DNA from: Thermoproteota archaeon
GTDB lineage: Archaea; Asgardarchaeota; Njordarchaeia; Njordarchaeales; Panguiarchaeaceae
Assembly (NCBI GenBank): GCA_024720975.1
Contig: JANJXX010000010.1
Location: forward strand, 1 to 34,819
Direction: 5' to 3'
Length of the DNA: 34,819 nucleotides
The notes beneath the pieces are model-generated. The model made no database searches. It had not been told where the DNA came from and saw nothing but the letters and a program-made list of their open reading frames with translations. Shown here in pieces: positions 9,062 through 19,395 of this stretch. Each line of letters begins with the position of its first letter. Position 1 is the first letter of the stretch. Made by a program: the position numbers and the translations under genes.

Positions 9062-9508
9062 ATGAAGAAGTTAGACGAACTAGATTTTAAGATACTTAGT
9101 ATCCTTCAGAAAGATTGTAGAGCCAACTTTGTCACAATTTCTAAAGAGTTGGGAAAGTCCGTCACAACGGTAGCTTACAGACTTAATAGATTATTCAAAA
9201 TGGGGATAATAAAAAAGTGTACTGCAATTGCTGATGCAAAAAAGCTTAATCTTAATTATAGTGCCATCATAATGGGGCGAATTAAACCCGGAAAGTTTGC
9301 GGAGTTATCTAAATTCTTTGAAGATCATGAGGAAGTTCAGCTCGCTTTTGCCATTACTGGTCAGTATGATTTCTGTCTTTATGCAGCATTTAAGGACGAA
9401 AGTGCATACTTCAAATTCATTGAGGATCTCCATAAAACTGAATGCGTTACGGAAACGACGACGTTCTATATTGTCAAGAAGATGAAGGAAGACATCAGAG
9501 TTTTGTAG
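9062..9508 (+). CDS. Lrp/AsnC-family transcriptional regulator
   Basis: LDELDFKILSILQKDCR HTH and ITGQYDF RAM domain. GAGGG RBS before ATG 9062. Confidence 0.93.
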   Translation: MKKLDELDFKILSILQKDCRANFVTISKELGKSVTTVAYRLNRLFKMGIIKKCTAIADAKKLNLNYSAIIMGRIKPGKFAELSKFFEDHEEVQLAFAITGQYDFCLYAAFKDESAYFKFIEDLHKTECVTETTTFYIVKKMKEDIRVL

Positions 9509-9538
9509 TGAAGTATTAAAAAATTATGTAAAATGCTT

Positions 9539-11383
9539 CTACTTCCAGAGAACATCTGCCACTTCTGGAAGACCTAGTTTCTCGAGGGTTTCTTTGGTAG
9601 GGATGCCGTTTTCGTTCCAACCGCGTAGTTCATAGTACCAGCTCAGCATTTTGTTGTAGTTGTCGTAGTCAAGTTTTGCACCTTTTTCAGGGCCCTTTGT
9701 AAGTGGTTCTTTAAACCATCTCGCCGGTGGGATGTCGTAGCCTCTTAGCCACTTTTTGCCCTCAGCTTTGTATTCTCTTACCCAGAAGGCTCTAATCAGT
9801 GAATATATTCTGTTTGTTAGTTCCTGGATAAATTCATAGCTTATTTTCATGCCAGTTGCAAAGTAGAATAGATCATAGTACTCCTCATATGGATAGCCAA
9901 CCTCGATCCATGGTAGTCTGCATGTTGTTAAGGTTTCGAAGAGTCCTCCCCTTAGGTTTTGTAGCCAAACTAATGTCTCAACTTTTTCCTTGTTGTATGC
10001 ATGGCGCTCGTATTGTTTAATTTCGCGCATTATTATCCATGCATCCTTGTGATGAGCACCTATAGGCGAAGTTCCATACGCTAGTGCCATTCCGGGGGCT
10101 GCATGACAATCATATGCACTTATTGGCAAGCCTTTTACGTGCATTGCAAAGCTTTCTGACCCCTTGCCTAATTTCTTTGCCGTGAATTCTATTCCTTCGG
10201 CTAACATTTTGCCCAGCTTTGTCTTCTTGTAAGTTATGTCTTTAATAAGTTCAGCTGCTTTCTTATAGTCCCCCCACTCGATCTTATCTTTGATTATTCC
10301 TCTCTCAGACAACTCCATGGCAAAACCTATAGCACTGCCAACACTTATCGTATCAACACCAAACTTATCAGCTAAGAGATTTAAGTAAGATACTTTGTTA
10401 AGGTCGCCAATTCCTATGTTTGAGCCTAGCATTGCAACATTCTCATAGTCTAGTTCTGTTATGAATTCGCCCTCGTCAACCTTAAATCTCACGTTATGAC
10501 CACAAATCATATTGCAATTTGGACAACCCTTGGTAAATTGCTTGAGTTTCTCTAGAACCTCTCCAGTAATTCCCTCGTATTCATCGAAAACGCCCTCCCT
10601 GAAGTTGTATGTCGGAAGAACACTTGCTTCCTGGCACCACCGAAGTACACCAGTTGTTCCTTGTCTCATCCAGAAATCATACGCATCGCTTTGCTTAATT
10701 TTTGAATAGCCCTCAGCTCCCTTCTTTACAAGCGATTCCTTATCAAACAAGGGGATTTCCCTATCTCCATGAGCGACGATTGCCTTAAGGTTCTTGGATC
10801 CCATAACGGCGCCCATTCCGGGTCTTCCGCCGGCTCTGCCCTTCTCGGACATAACAACGGCATACTTGACTAGATTCTCCCCGGCTGGACCTATTTCAAC
10901 AATGCCAAAACCTTTGCCTGTCTCACTCTCTAATTTATCCTCGGTTTCGAAAGTATCAAGACCCCACAGGTGCTCGGCACTTTTTATCTCGACTTTTTCA
11001 TTTTCTATGAATATATACACAGGCTTCTTTGCTTTTCCCTCGATCACTATTCCATCATAACCTGCTTTGCGAAGGCTCACTGAGAATTTAGTTCCAACAT
11101 TTCCGTCGCCATATCCATGGGTTAGGGGAGATTTTGATGCAACAACGATCTTGCCGGAGCTCGGTAATGGAAGTCCAGTCAAGGGCCCTGCCATGAATAC
11201 GAGCTTATTATCTGGTGATAAAGGGTCCGTACCGGGCTTTATCTCGTTCCATAGAATCCAAGCAGCAAGTCCTCTGCCACCCACAAATTTTGCTAATACG
11301 TCTCTATCTACTTCTTGGATTTTAACACTTTTTTTCGTGAGGTTTATTCTGAGAATTTTTCCATTCCAGCCATAGAGTGGCAT
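9539..11383 (-). CDS. for: tungsten-dependent aldehyde:ferredoxin oxidoreductase, formaldehyde (FOR)-type
   Basis: GGRGLAAWILW, KSPLT.GYGDGN, GRPGMGAVMGSK, CPNCNMIC, ELDYENVA.LG, GAHHK.AW and CRLPW closely resemble Pyrococcus FOR as recalled. Confidence 0.9.
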   Translation of the reverse strand: MPLYGWNGKILRINLTKKSVKIQEVDRDVLAKFVGGRGLAAWILWNEIKPGTDPLSPDNKLVFMAGPLTGLPLPSSGKIVVASKSPLTHGYGDGNVGTKFSVSLRKAGYDGIVIEGKAKKPVYIFIENEKVEIKSAEHLWGLDTFETEDKLESETGKGFGIVEIGPAGENLVKYAVVMSEKGRAGGRPGMGAVMGSKNLKAIVAHGDREIPLFDKESLVKKGAEGYSKIKQSDAYDFWMRQGTTGVLRWCQEASVLPTYNFREGVFDEYEGITGEVLEKLKQFTKGCPNCNMICGHNVRFKVDEGEFITELDYENVAMLGSNIGIGDLNKVSYLNLLADKFGVDTISVGSAIGFAMELSERGIIKDKIEWGDYKKAAELIKDITYKKTKLGKMLAEGIEFTAKKLGKGSESFAMHVKGLPISAYDCHAAPGMALAYGTSPIGAHHKDAWIIMREIKQYERHAYNKEKVETLVWLQNLRGGLFETLTTCRLPWIEVGYPYEEYYDLFYFATGMKISYEFIQELTNRIYSLIRAFWVREYKAEGKKWLRGYDIPPARWFKEPLTKGPEKGAKLDYDNYNKMLSWYYELRGWNENGIPTKETLEKLGLPEVADVLWK

Positions 11384-11588
11384 AAGCAACCCCTAAGGCT
11401 TTTCAAAGATAGCTAATGAAAATAGCTTATATTACTTGGTATATGTGTTTGGCATAGAATCGTCAGCTTATCTTTAAATAGAGTTTCGTGATTTAGAAGT
11501 TGCGTAGATTAGTTCTACTTAGATTTATGATCCAGCAACCCCTGCAAATAACCCTAAAAATGCAAAATGAGTTTTAGTAGGTCTCATA

Positions 11589-12089
11589 TTAGAGAACTTT
11601 TTCTGTCTCTGTCTTGCGAGCATGTTGGTACTCTAGGCTGTATTTTTCCAGCTCCTTAAGGATTTCAGGATTCTTACTTATCAGTTTATCGACAAGACTT
11701 AGATATCTCGAAATGCGTACCGCATCTGGAGAGATTTTAACCAGGTTTTCTCCATTAACCAAGACGTAGTGCTCCTTCTCTACTTTTTCTCCAACGATGT
11801 AAATAGCTTCATTAACAGCGGCCTGAAGTGTCAAACAGTGGGGTGAGCCCTCAATTGTCACAACGGTAATTTTATTCGGTTTATTTGACCTTATCATTGA
11901 TGCTATCTTGCCATAAACTAGCTGGCCATTTTCTTCTGGGCAAAATTCTAGTACTACTTTTCCTTCAGCTAGTTTGGAGTATAAGTTCGGGTTCACATGT
12001 TTGAGACACTTACTGCATATGAGCCAATGTGATCCACGCAGGATCTTTGCTTTCACCCAAAGGCTCAGGATCTCTGGCATCTCACTCAC
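11589..12089 (-). CDS. putative Fe-S binding protein (stand-alone C-terminal domain of '4Fe-4S ferredoxin' family proteins)
   Basis: Cys pattern LICSKC...FCPE...EGSPHC. Translationally coupled to thiC. Confidence 0.6.
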   Translation of the reverse strand: MSEMPEILSLWVKAKILRGSHWLICSKCLKHVNPNLYSKLAEGKVVLEFCPEENGQLVYGKIASMIRSNKPNKITVVTIEGSPHCLTLQAAVNEAIYIVGEKVEKEHYVLVNGENLVKISPDAVRISRYLSLVDKLISKNPEILKELEKYSLEYQHARKTETEKVL

Positions 12090-13386
12090 TTCCCTTTGAT
12101 TCTTTCAGTAGTTCTTCTAGGAGTATGTAGACGCATAGGGGTCCACACATTGTGCAACCCTTATCAGGTTGTGGGCCAAATTGTTCATGTATTGCTTTGG
12201 CAAGTTTGGGTTCTATAGCTAATTCTATAATTTTATTCCAATCTTGGCGTGCTCTAGCGATAGCTACTTCAAGATCATTTTTCTTTGCTTTCCAACCGTA
12301 TTTGACAATGTCCCCTGCATGAGCTGCAATTCTAGTTGCAATAACGCCAAGTTTTACCTGTTCTTCATTTGGTAAGCTCAAATGTTCGCTTGGAGTGAGA
12401 TAGCATAGGAAATCTGCACCAGCAGCTGCTGCTAATGCTGCGCCTATAGCAGCAGAAATGTGATCATAGGGCGTTGATATGTCTGTTACTATAGGACCGA
12501 GGACGTAGTAAGGTGCACCTTTTGTAATTCGCTTTTGGAGTTTTATATCCATGATAACTTCATTCAATGGAACGTGACCTGGTCCTTCGACCATTGTTTG
12601 TACATTGGCTTTTCTGGACCTATGAACAAGCTCAGCTATTGTTACAAGCTCTGCTACCTGGAAATAGTCGTGTGCGTCAACAATAGCGCCAGGTCTTAAC
12701 GCATCACCCAGACTTATGACGGCATCATACTCTTGGAACATCTCTAGGATGTAGTCGTAATTCTTGTATAGGGGATTTTCGGCTTTGTTATAATACATCC
12801 ATGCAGCTAATATCGCTCCGCCTCTACTAACTATTCCGGCAATTCTTTGGATGTACTTAAGCTTCATTATATGCTCATATCTTATACCAGCATGTATTGT
12901 CATGAAGTCTACTCCATCCTTCAAATGCTTCTCAATAACGCTTAGAATATCGTCTTCAGTCATGAATATTGGAGATTTCTTCTTTTCAGCAGCCTCGATA
13001 TAAGCTTGGTAGATGGGAACAGTACCAAACGGAACTGTCGAAAGGCTTATCAGCTCCCTTCTTATCGCATCAATATCCCCACCAGTACTCAGATCCATAA
13101 CAGTATCAGTCTCATTTTGAATAGCTACCTCTAACTTCCTCTTCTCCATATCGAGGTCATTGACAAGCATTGAGGTACCTATATTTGCATTAACTTTAGT
13201 TCTTAAACCATAACCTATCCCCACAAGCTTTATTTTGGACAGGTCCTTTCTGGCTACGTTTCTAGCGACAACTATACGGCCGTCAGCAATCCTCCTTAGA
13301 ATCTTTTTGTATGAAGTTTCCTCAATCTTTGCGAGTTCTTTTACTTCATCTACAACTAGTCCATCCTTGGCATATTTCATAATCAT
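12082..13386 (-). CDS. thiC: phosphomethylpyrimidine (HMP-P) synthase
   Basis: KVNANIGTS, MDLSTGG, GTVPIYQ, SRGG, SLGDALRPG, EGPGHVP, CYLTPSEHL and C-terminal CTMCGPLC. Confidence 0.93.
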   Translation of the reverse strand: MIMKYAKDGLVVDEVKELAKIEETSYKKILRRIADGRIVVARNVARKDLSKIKLVGIGYGLRTKVNANIGTSMLVNDLDMEKRKLEVAIQNETDTVMDLSTGGDIDAIRRELISLSTVPFGTVPIYQAYIEAAEKKKSPIFMTEDDILSVIEKHLKDGVDFMTIHAGIRYEHIMKLKYIQRIAGIVSRGGAILAAWMYYNKAENPLYKNYDYILEMFQEYDAVISLGDALRPGAIVDAHDYFQVAELVTIAELVHRSRKANVQTMVEGPGHVPLNEVIMDIKLQKRITKGAPYYVLGPIVTDISTPYDHISAAIGAALAAAAGADFLCYLTPSEHLSLPNEEQVKLGVIATRIAAHAGDIVKYGWKAKKNDLEVAIARARQDWNKIIELAIEPKLAKAIHEQFGPQPDKGCTMCGPLCVYILLEELLKESKGSE

Positions 13387-13510
13387 CTAGTATCCCCAAA
13401 AGTAACTTTCCAACCTGTTGTGGATTATTAATTTGAAGTTATTTACATTAGTTACTAGGCACTTTTGGATATAGAACAGAATCTTCTTGATCGCAATTAC
13501 GGTGTCACAT

Positions 13511-14899
13511 ATGGCTGAAATTTGTTATAAATATGCCAAGCTTCCTGAAGATATCCTGAGACTTGAAGCCATGGGGAACTTCTCCGCTGCTGAGGAACGG
13601 ATTCGCTGGCTACTAGCAAAAAATATCGATCAAGACCTAAGAGCGCGATTAGAATATGAGTTAGAAAGGATTAGAAGAATACCAAAAGATTTTGATGTGC
13701 CCGAAGAGGAGGCTATAAAAAAGCTTCGAGAGGAATTTGGAAATTATGCGATAACGAAGTTTGAGGAATGGATCTCTAGGGGCTATGTGGATTATATATT
13801 GATTAATGGAAAGAGGTATTTCTTCCGAGCTTTCATCGACAACTTACTGTTTCTTTGTGATGAAGAGATCTGCAAAGAGCTCAAACGGCTCAGAGAGAAA
13901 AGAGCCAGAAGCGCACGGGAGACCTTGATCAAGCATGTAGAGGAAATTGTTCAAGGCAATGAAGAAGGCTTTATAAAGCCAAGGAAAGTTGGGGTTCGAA
14001 TGACTCTCCGAGTGCTTCCTAACACATTAGAACCCGGTGAAATTGTTCGCTGTTGGCTTCCATATCCGGTAGAAAATGAGCAACAAGGAGACGTCAAACT
14101 ACTTGGAACCTCCCACAGCCAGTATCAGATAGCGCCATCTCAATATTATCAGCGAACCATATATTTCGAGGATAAGGCTAAAGAAGATGGATCAGCCGAG
14201 TTTTGGGTTGAGTATGAATACACAATAAAAGCCTTCTACAGGAGAATAAACCCAAATGATGTTAAGCCATTCGATGAAGAAAGTGAACTTTATCAAAGGT
14301 ACACCTCAGAGCAACCCCCTCATGTCATTTTCACTAGGCGATATAAGCAACTGGCCTCTGAGATCGTTGGCGATACTGAAAATCCCTACTTAAAGGCAGA
14401 GAAAATATATCGATGGGTTGCTGAGAATATGACATACACCTATGTGGCTGAATACTCAACATACGAGAATATAGGAGAATACGTCGCAGAGAACCTCAGA
14501 GGCGACTGCGGGTTCCATGCAATATTGTTTATTACACTAATGAGAATCTCAGGAATTCCAGCAAGGTGGCAAAGCGGTTGGTATGCAAACCCTGCTTTAG
14601 AAGGACCATCACCACACGACTGGGCACAGTTCTACATTGAACCATACGGCTGGTTGTTTGCTGATCTATCGTTCGGTAGGTATTGGAGAACACGCAATAA
14701 GATACTATATGAATTTTATTTTGGAAATATTGACAGCTTTAGAACAGTGTTCAATCTTGATATGATGGGAAATTTCTACCCGCCTAAGAAGTACCTAAGG
14801 TCAGATCCTGTTGACAATCAGAGGGGAGAGATAGAAACAGAGCATAGGAATATATACTATGACAGGATCACATACGAGCTAAAATATAAGCAAGCATGA
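13511..14899 (+). CDS. transglutaminase-like (papain-fold) domain protein
   Basis: Catalytic triad RGDCG / PHDW / FADL and GIPARWQSGW. The start is probably ATG 13511. Confidence 0.88.
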   Translation: MAEICYKYAKLPEDILRLEAMGNFSAAEERIRWLLAKNIDQDLRARLEYELERIRRIPKDFDVPEEEAIKKLREEFGNYAITKFEEWISRGYVDYILINGKRYFFRAFIDNLLFLCDEEICKELKRLREKRARSARETLIKHVEEIVQGNEEGFIKPRKVGVRMTLRVLPNTLEPGEIVRCWLPYPVENEQQGDVKLLGTSHSQYQIAPSQYYQRTIYFEDKAKEDGSAEFWVEYEYTIKAFYRRINPNDVKPFDEESELYQRYTSEQPPHVIFTRRYKQLASEIVGDTENPYLKAEKIYRWVAENMTYTYVAEYSTYENIGEYVAENLRGDCGFHAILFITLMRISGIPARWQSGWYANPALEGPSPHDWAQFYIEPYGWLFADLSFGRYWRTRNKILYEFYFGNIDSFRTVFNLDMMGNFYPPKKYLRSDPVDNQRGEIETEHRNIYYDRITYELKYKQA

Positions 14900-14974
14900 A
14901 ATCTGGGTCTTAAATTAGATTTGTTTTTTCACATATTCTCCAAATCTTGCTAGGAGCGGTTAAACCTTTGCTTA

Positions 14975-16165
14975 TTACTCATGTCTTAATGCTACTACAG
15001 GATCTAGTTTAGATGCCCTCCACGCTGGATATAGACCAGCTGCTATGCTTAGCCCTATTGCCATTGCTATAGATTTTAAAAAGGCTTCGATTGTGAAAAA
15101 TGGTTTTACTGGAAAACCTATTCTAGAGAAGAAAACGTCGATTATAGCATAAGATAGACCTATTCCACCGAAAACACCAAAGATGCTCCCAAATACGCCT
15201 ATAAGTATGGCTTCGTATAGGAATAGCATTAGCACATGTCTATCCTTGAAGCCTATAGCTTTCAGGACGCCTATTTCACGTATTCTTTCTAGCATTGATG
15301 TATACAAAGTCGTTATTATGCCTATACCAGCCACTAATAAAGCTACAACAGATATCGCTCCTATGTACATGTCAATTGCTTTTAATACATTATCTATGGT
15401 ATTCTTTATTTCCTCTGCTGTCGTAGCGCGTATGTTATATTTGCTTTGTATATATTTAACGGTTTCATTCAAGTATGTTTCGCTAGTTACTAAAACATAA
15501 ACAGTGTCATATCCTCGTGAATTAAAGATACGCATAGCATTTTCAAGTGGAATCCATGCGCATATATCTATAGGTATGGCAAAACTTCCAAAATAATCAA
15601 AGATGCCTCTGACAATAAAGCTTTTACGGATAGTATCTATGCGTGATCCCGCATACATAACAACTTGTACTTGAACTGGGCTGTTCACTTCGGCAAATGC
15701 TGATCCATCTGGTTCAAAGGCTACCTGATAGCCGAGGGCTATTCCCATAGTGTCATATTCTGATGGGTAATCTCCACTTAAAAGCTTCAGCTTCGGAACA
15801 AGCATAGGTAAATAGTTAAAGTCAATGCCAATGATCATACAATCCTTTGTAATGCCTCTAGCCGTTATTGTCGCTGGCCGACTCACTACCGGAATCACTG
15901 CCTTGACTTGGGGCAGTAATTTCATATCATCCACGAATGCTTGAGGAATGGGTTCGCCTCCAGAGGCTGTAACAATTATTATATTGGTTCCAAATTTTTC
16001 AAATTCACCAGCTATGAATTTTCTAGCCCCTAAACTCACGCTTTCAACGCCCACAATGAGAGTAACTCCTATAATAACCATGAATATAGTAAATATTGAC
16101 CTAACCTTGCGCTCTTTTAGAGCCTCAAATGCTAATATTACGAATTCCATAGAGGTCCCAACCAA
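14975..16165 (-). CDS. MacB/FtsX-family ABC transporter permease
   Basis: RKVRSIFT, FGTNII, ERIREIGVLKAIG and PAWRASKLDPVVALR. Confidence 0.95.
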   Translation of the reverse strand: MVGTSMEFVILAFEALKERKVRSIFTIFMVIIGVTLIVGVESVSLGARKFIAGEFEKFGTNIIIVTASGGEPIPQAFVDDMKLLPQVKAVIPVVSRPATITARGITKDCMIIGIDFNYLPMLVPKLKLLSGDYPSEYDTMGIALGYQVAFEPDGSAFAEVNSPVQVQVVMYAGSRIDTIRKSFIVRGIFDYFGSFAIPIDICAWIPLENAMRIFNSRGYDTVYVLVTSETYLNETVKYIQSKYNIRATTAEEIKNTIDNVLKAIDMYIGAISVVALLVAGIGIITTLYTSMLERIREIGVLKAIGFKDRHVLMLFLYEAILIGVFGSIFGVFGGIGLSYAIIDVFFSRIGFPVKPFFTIEAFLKSIAMAIGLSIAAGLYPAWRASKLDPVVALRHE

Positions 16166-16184
16166 GAAAAAATGAAAGATAAAA

Positions 16185-18071
16185 CTACACTCCTCCTGTG
16201 ATGGTCTGAAGTTTTCTCCTTCTTAAAATTAAGAATAAAGCTATGAAAGCGGCAATAATAGCTCCGATGTATATCACTGTTAGATATTCCTCTATAGTAG
16301 GCCCTGACGGTCCCGGACTTGGAGTCTCTTTAGGAGTTACTTGAATTGTGAAGTTTACTAGCAGGTAATTTTCATTATAAATATCATCAAAGTAGCAGAT
16401 CTTCGCGACGATATCATATGTTCCGGGTGGGACATCATCCTTTATCCTAAACTTCAGCAATACTGGAATTGGTGAGCCAGGCTCGATGGCACCAATATAA
16501 ACAAAACTCTCTGCAAGAAGTTCTATAAAATCTGCTGGGAGAATAGAGGCATTTGCGTATTGGGCTGATGAAACACCTACATTAAGCACTGTTACTGATG
16601 TTGTGACTGTATCCCCTGGCGTGATTTTTTCGGGCTTAACATACTTGCTAAATAACCTAAGATTTATTTCTCCTCTAATTATGAACTCAGCCGTATGGGA
16701 CTCCCGGTAAGAGCGCCCATACTTATCAACGAAGCTAACTTCAACAGTTAAAGTTAAGGTTTGTCCAATGAGTGAAACCTCTCCGAATGATGTTAACACC
16801 TTGGCTGGAGCATATAACCACAGCTCTATTGTGATTGTATCATTGGGTTTGACGTTGCGAAATGTCCAATGAGTATTGCTGAACATAGCTATATACTCAG
16901 GGTAGCTGATGTCTACCTCAACAGTTCCCTGCCAAACATTATTCCAGATTAGTATTGTCACGTTGTACTTCCTACCAGAATATACATACTCAGGAATCGA
17001 CTTAACCTCGGTAATACTTGTTACATCAACATTTATTGTCCAAGTTATGCTTGATGAGCTACCGTAAGTATCTATAGCTGTCACTGTTAGTGTATGTGAA
17101 CCGACATCGTCTTCAGTGGCAGAGTAGTTATAGCTTGTTGCATTAGAACCGGAGAGTATCTTTCTACCATCTAAGTACCATGTGTATGTAATATTATCTC
17201 CATCGGGATCTTCGGCATAAACGCTGAATGTTCTGTTGTCTCCAACATATATTGAAACTTGGCGGTCGCTGGGTGTATATTCTCTTATTTCAGGAGCTCT
17301 GTTAGGAACATTGATTGTCCATGACGTCTCATTCTTATCTGTCCCATCCAAAACTTCAGCCTTGAGATTATATCTTCCTCTTCCATGCAAGCTTGCATTG
17401 AATGTATATTCATTAGAGCCGACGAGAACCTCGGTACCATCAAGGAGCCACCTATATGTGATGCTATCACCATCAGGGTCATATGCATTTATTTTGAAGG
17501 TCCTTGTTTCGTTGAGGTAAACAGTTACTGTGCTTGAATCAGGATCCCTTTCTTTGATTATTGGCGCTCTATTCGGAATTATTACCTTGATCGTTAAATC
17601 TGTGGGGATTATTTCATAGTAGCCTGTATTGTTGTAAGCATAGCCCGTTATCCTGAGGTTTAGTTGATACTCTCCCTTAGATGCCGCATCGCTTATATCC
17701 AAATAAAAGGTCATGTAGAATGAACCATAGGGTATTATATCTCTAGCTTCGTTATCCGTCTCTATGGCGATCCCATCCGCTGTGGCAACATTGTCCTTGT
17801 CTTTTGAATCTTTAAAGTATTCGGTTAGGTTCAAGTATCCAATAACTCCTCGTAAATATAGGCTGGATCTTTGCTGCACAATGATAGTTAAGGGCACATT
17901 TTTACTGCCAGGTTGTGGGGTAACGTCGGTTTGATATGTTCCCCACTTGATGGTCTTTACCATGAACTCCACCGAAACCTGAGGGGCTGAAGCTGTATTT
18001 CCAACAATCATAAAGACTATGAGTATTAGGAATGCTGCTGCACTAACCTGCCTCTCTCTCACTTTTTTCAC
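16185..18071 (-). CDS. COG1361-type S-layer/surface protein with two PKD/Ig-like repeats, signal peptide and C-terminal TM
   Basis: Signal peptide, duplicated PNRAP...DPDGD.ITY.W.LDG...WTINV, PGTY motif and C-terminal TM + RRRK. It sits between the ABC ATPase and the permease. Confidence 0.8.
   Translation of the reverse strand: MKKVRERQVSAAAFLILIVFMIVGNTASAPQVSVEFMVKTIKWGTYQTDVTPQPGSKNVPLTIIVQQRSSLYLRGVIGYLNLTEYFKDSKDKDNVATADGIAIETDNEARDIIPYGSFYMTFYLDISDAASKGEYQLNLRITGYAYNNTGYYEIIPTDLTIKVIIPNRAPIIKERDPDSSTVTVYLNETRTFKINAYDPDGDSITYRWLLDGTEVLVGSNEYTFNASLHGRGRYNLKAEVLDGTDKNETSWTINVPNRAPEIREYTPSDRQVSIYVGDNRTFSVYAEDPDGDNITYTWYLDGRKILSGSNATSYNYSATEDDVGSHTLTVTAIDTYGSSSSITWTINVDVTSITEVKSIPEYVYSGRKYNVTILIWNNVWQGTVEVDISYPEYIAMFSNTHWTFRNVKPNDTITIELWLYAPAKVLTSFGEVSLIGQTLTLTVEVSFVDKYGRSYRESHTAEFIIRGEINLRLFSKYVKPEKITPGDTVTTSVTVLNVGVSSAQYANASILPADFIELLAESFVYIGAIEPGSPIPVLLKFRIKDDVPPGTYDIVAKICYFDDIYNENYLLVNFTIQVTPKETPSPGPSGPTIEEYLTVIYIGAIIAAFIALFLILRRRKLQTITGGV
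17028..17576 (-). repeat. tandem ~90-aa PKD/cadherin-like domain duplication within the surface protein
   Basis: Two protein-level copies at about 17307-17576 and 17028-17306, diverged at the DNA level. Confidence 0.8.
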
Positions 18072-19140
18072 CTACATTTAGCATTTCCTCCCGGATAATC
18101 ATTCCATCCCTTATATGGAGTATCCGGTCGGCTTTTTCAGCAACTGATCTATCGTGAGTTACTACAATCACAGTAATACCCAATTCCTTATTTAACTTTC
18201 TTAAATATCCTATAACCTCAGCACCCGTCTTAGAGTCGAGGTTTCCTGTGGGTTCATCGGCAAGAATTATAGCAGGCATATTCATTAAGGCTCGGGCTAT
18301 AGCAACCCTCTGTTGTTGACCGCCACTCAGGTAAACTGGTCGCCTTTTTAGAGCTGTTTCATCTAGTCCCATTATTTCTAAAAGGCGTCTTGCATTCTCA
18401 ACTCGTTTTTTCTTCGGTACTCCTGCAACCAGTGCTGGCATTTCGATATTTCGTAAAACGGTCGTTCTATTTATTAGATTGTACGCCTGGAAGATGAAGC
18501 CAATTTTTCTGTTTCTCAGCTCAGCTAGTCCATCAGAATCTAGCTTAGATACATCAACGCCATCAATGTAGACTTTTCCACTTGTTGGTCTATCTAGGGC
18601 TCCAATGATGTTTAATAGAGTAGATTTTCCAGAGCCCGAAGGACCCATTATAGCAACGAACTCTCCATTTCTAATCCTTAAAGATATGCCCCTAAGCGCA
18701 TGAACACTAACTGTTCCAGTGTAATAGTGTTTATGCACATTCTCAAGAACGACGGCAAACTCTGGATCAGTAACTTGCAGAGGACTACGCCTAGTGACCT
18801 CTTCGAGTTCTAAAGCGAGTATCACACCGGATATTCCAAGTAGTATTGCGGTGACGCCGCTGAGAAGAATCAATAATTGAGAGTATATTATAACAAAGAG
18901 TGCTGTTTGTAAGATGCCGTTAAGAATTTCAGCAATTGAAGCTATTGCTAAAATTACTATCAGTATTCTCTTTAATCGCGCTAGAAGTGGAACTAGCATA
19001 AGTGCCAAAACTATGCCAATGCTGCTCCAAAAAATTATTCCGCGGGGTAGAAATAGGAGCATTAAAGCTCTATCGATGAGAATTGCACTAAAAATAGCAA
19101 AAGCAAGAGTGCTGGGCTTTAAAAGCATCTTCGCACCCAT
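18043..19140 (-). CDS. LolD/MacB-type ABC ATP-binding protein with N-terminal multi-TM extension
   Basis: GPSGSGKST, LSGGQQQR, ILADEPTGNLD and VTHD. The first ~110 aa are hydrophobic (about 4 TM). Confidence 0.93.
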   Translation of the reverse strand: MGAKMLLKPSTLAFAIFSAILIDRALMLLFLPRGIIFWSSIGIVLALMLVPLLARLKRILIVILAIASIAEILNGILQTALFVIIYSQLLILLSGVTAILLGISGVILALELEEVTRRSPLQVTDPEFAVVLENVHKHYYTGTVSVHALRGISLRIRNGEFVAIMGPSGSGKSTLLNIIGALDRPTSGKVYIDGVDVSKLDSDGLAELRNRKIGFIFQAYNLINRTTVLRNIEMPALVAGVPKKKRVENARRLLEIMGLDETALKRRPVYLSGGQQQRVAIARALMNMPAIILADEPTGNLDSKTGAEVIGYLRKLNKELGITVIVVTHDRSVAEKADRILHIRDGMIIREEMLNVGEKSEREAG

Positions 19141-19395
19141 GAATGACTTTTTGATTTCATATCAAATGTCTAAAAAGGTCAACCAATAATTGCTCTTTTT
19201 TGACAGTTAAAGCCTTAAAAATAAACTTAAAATCAAGTGAATAGTAAGCCTGATATATATTTCTTTCTAAGAGCGCGGCTTTTCAATTACTTATATATAA
19301 GATATCTCTAAGAAAACAATGACTTAAGTTTACAGCAGCAAAATAAAAGACTTTTTGATTAGATTTTAATCATAAGTCTTTAGGGAGTGTCGTCA

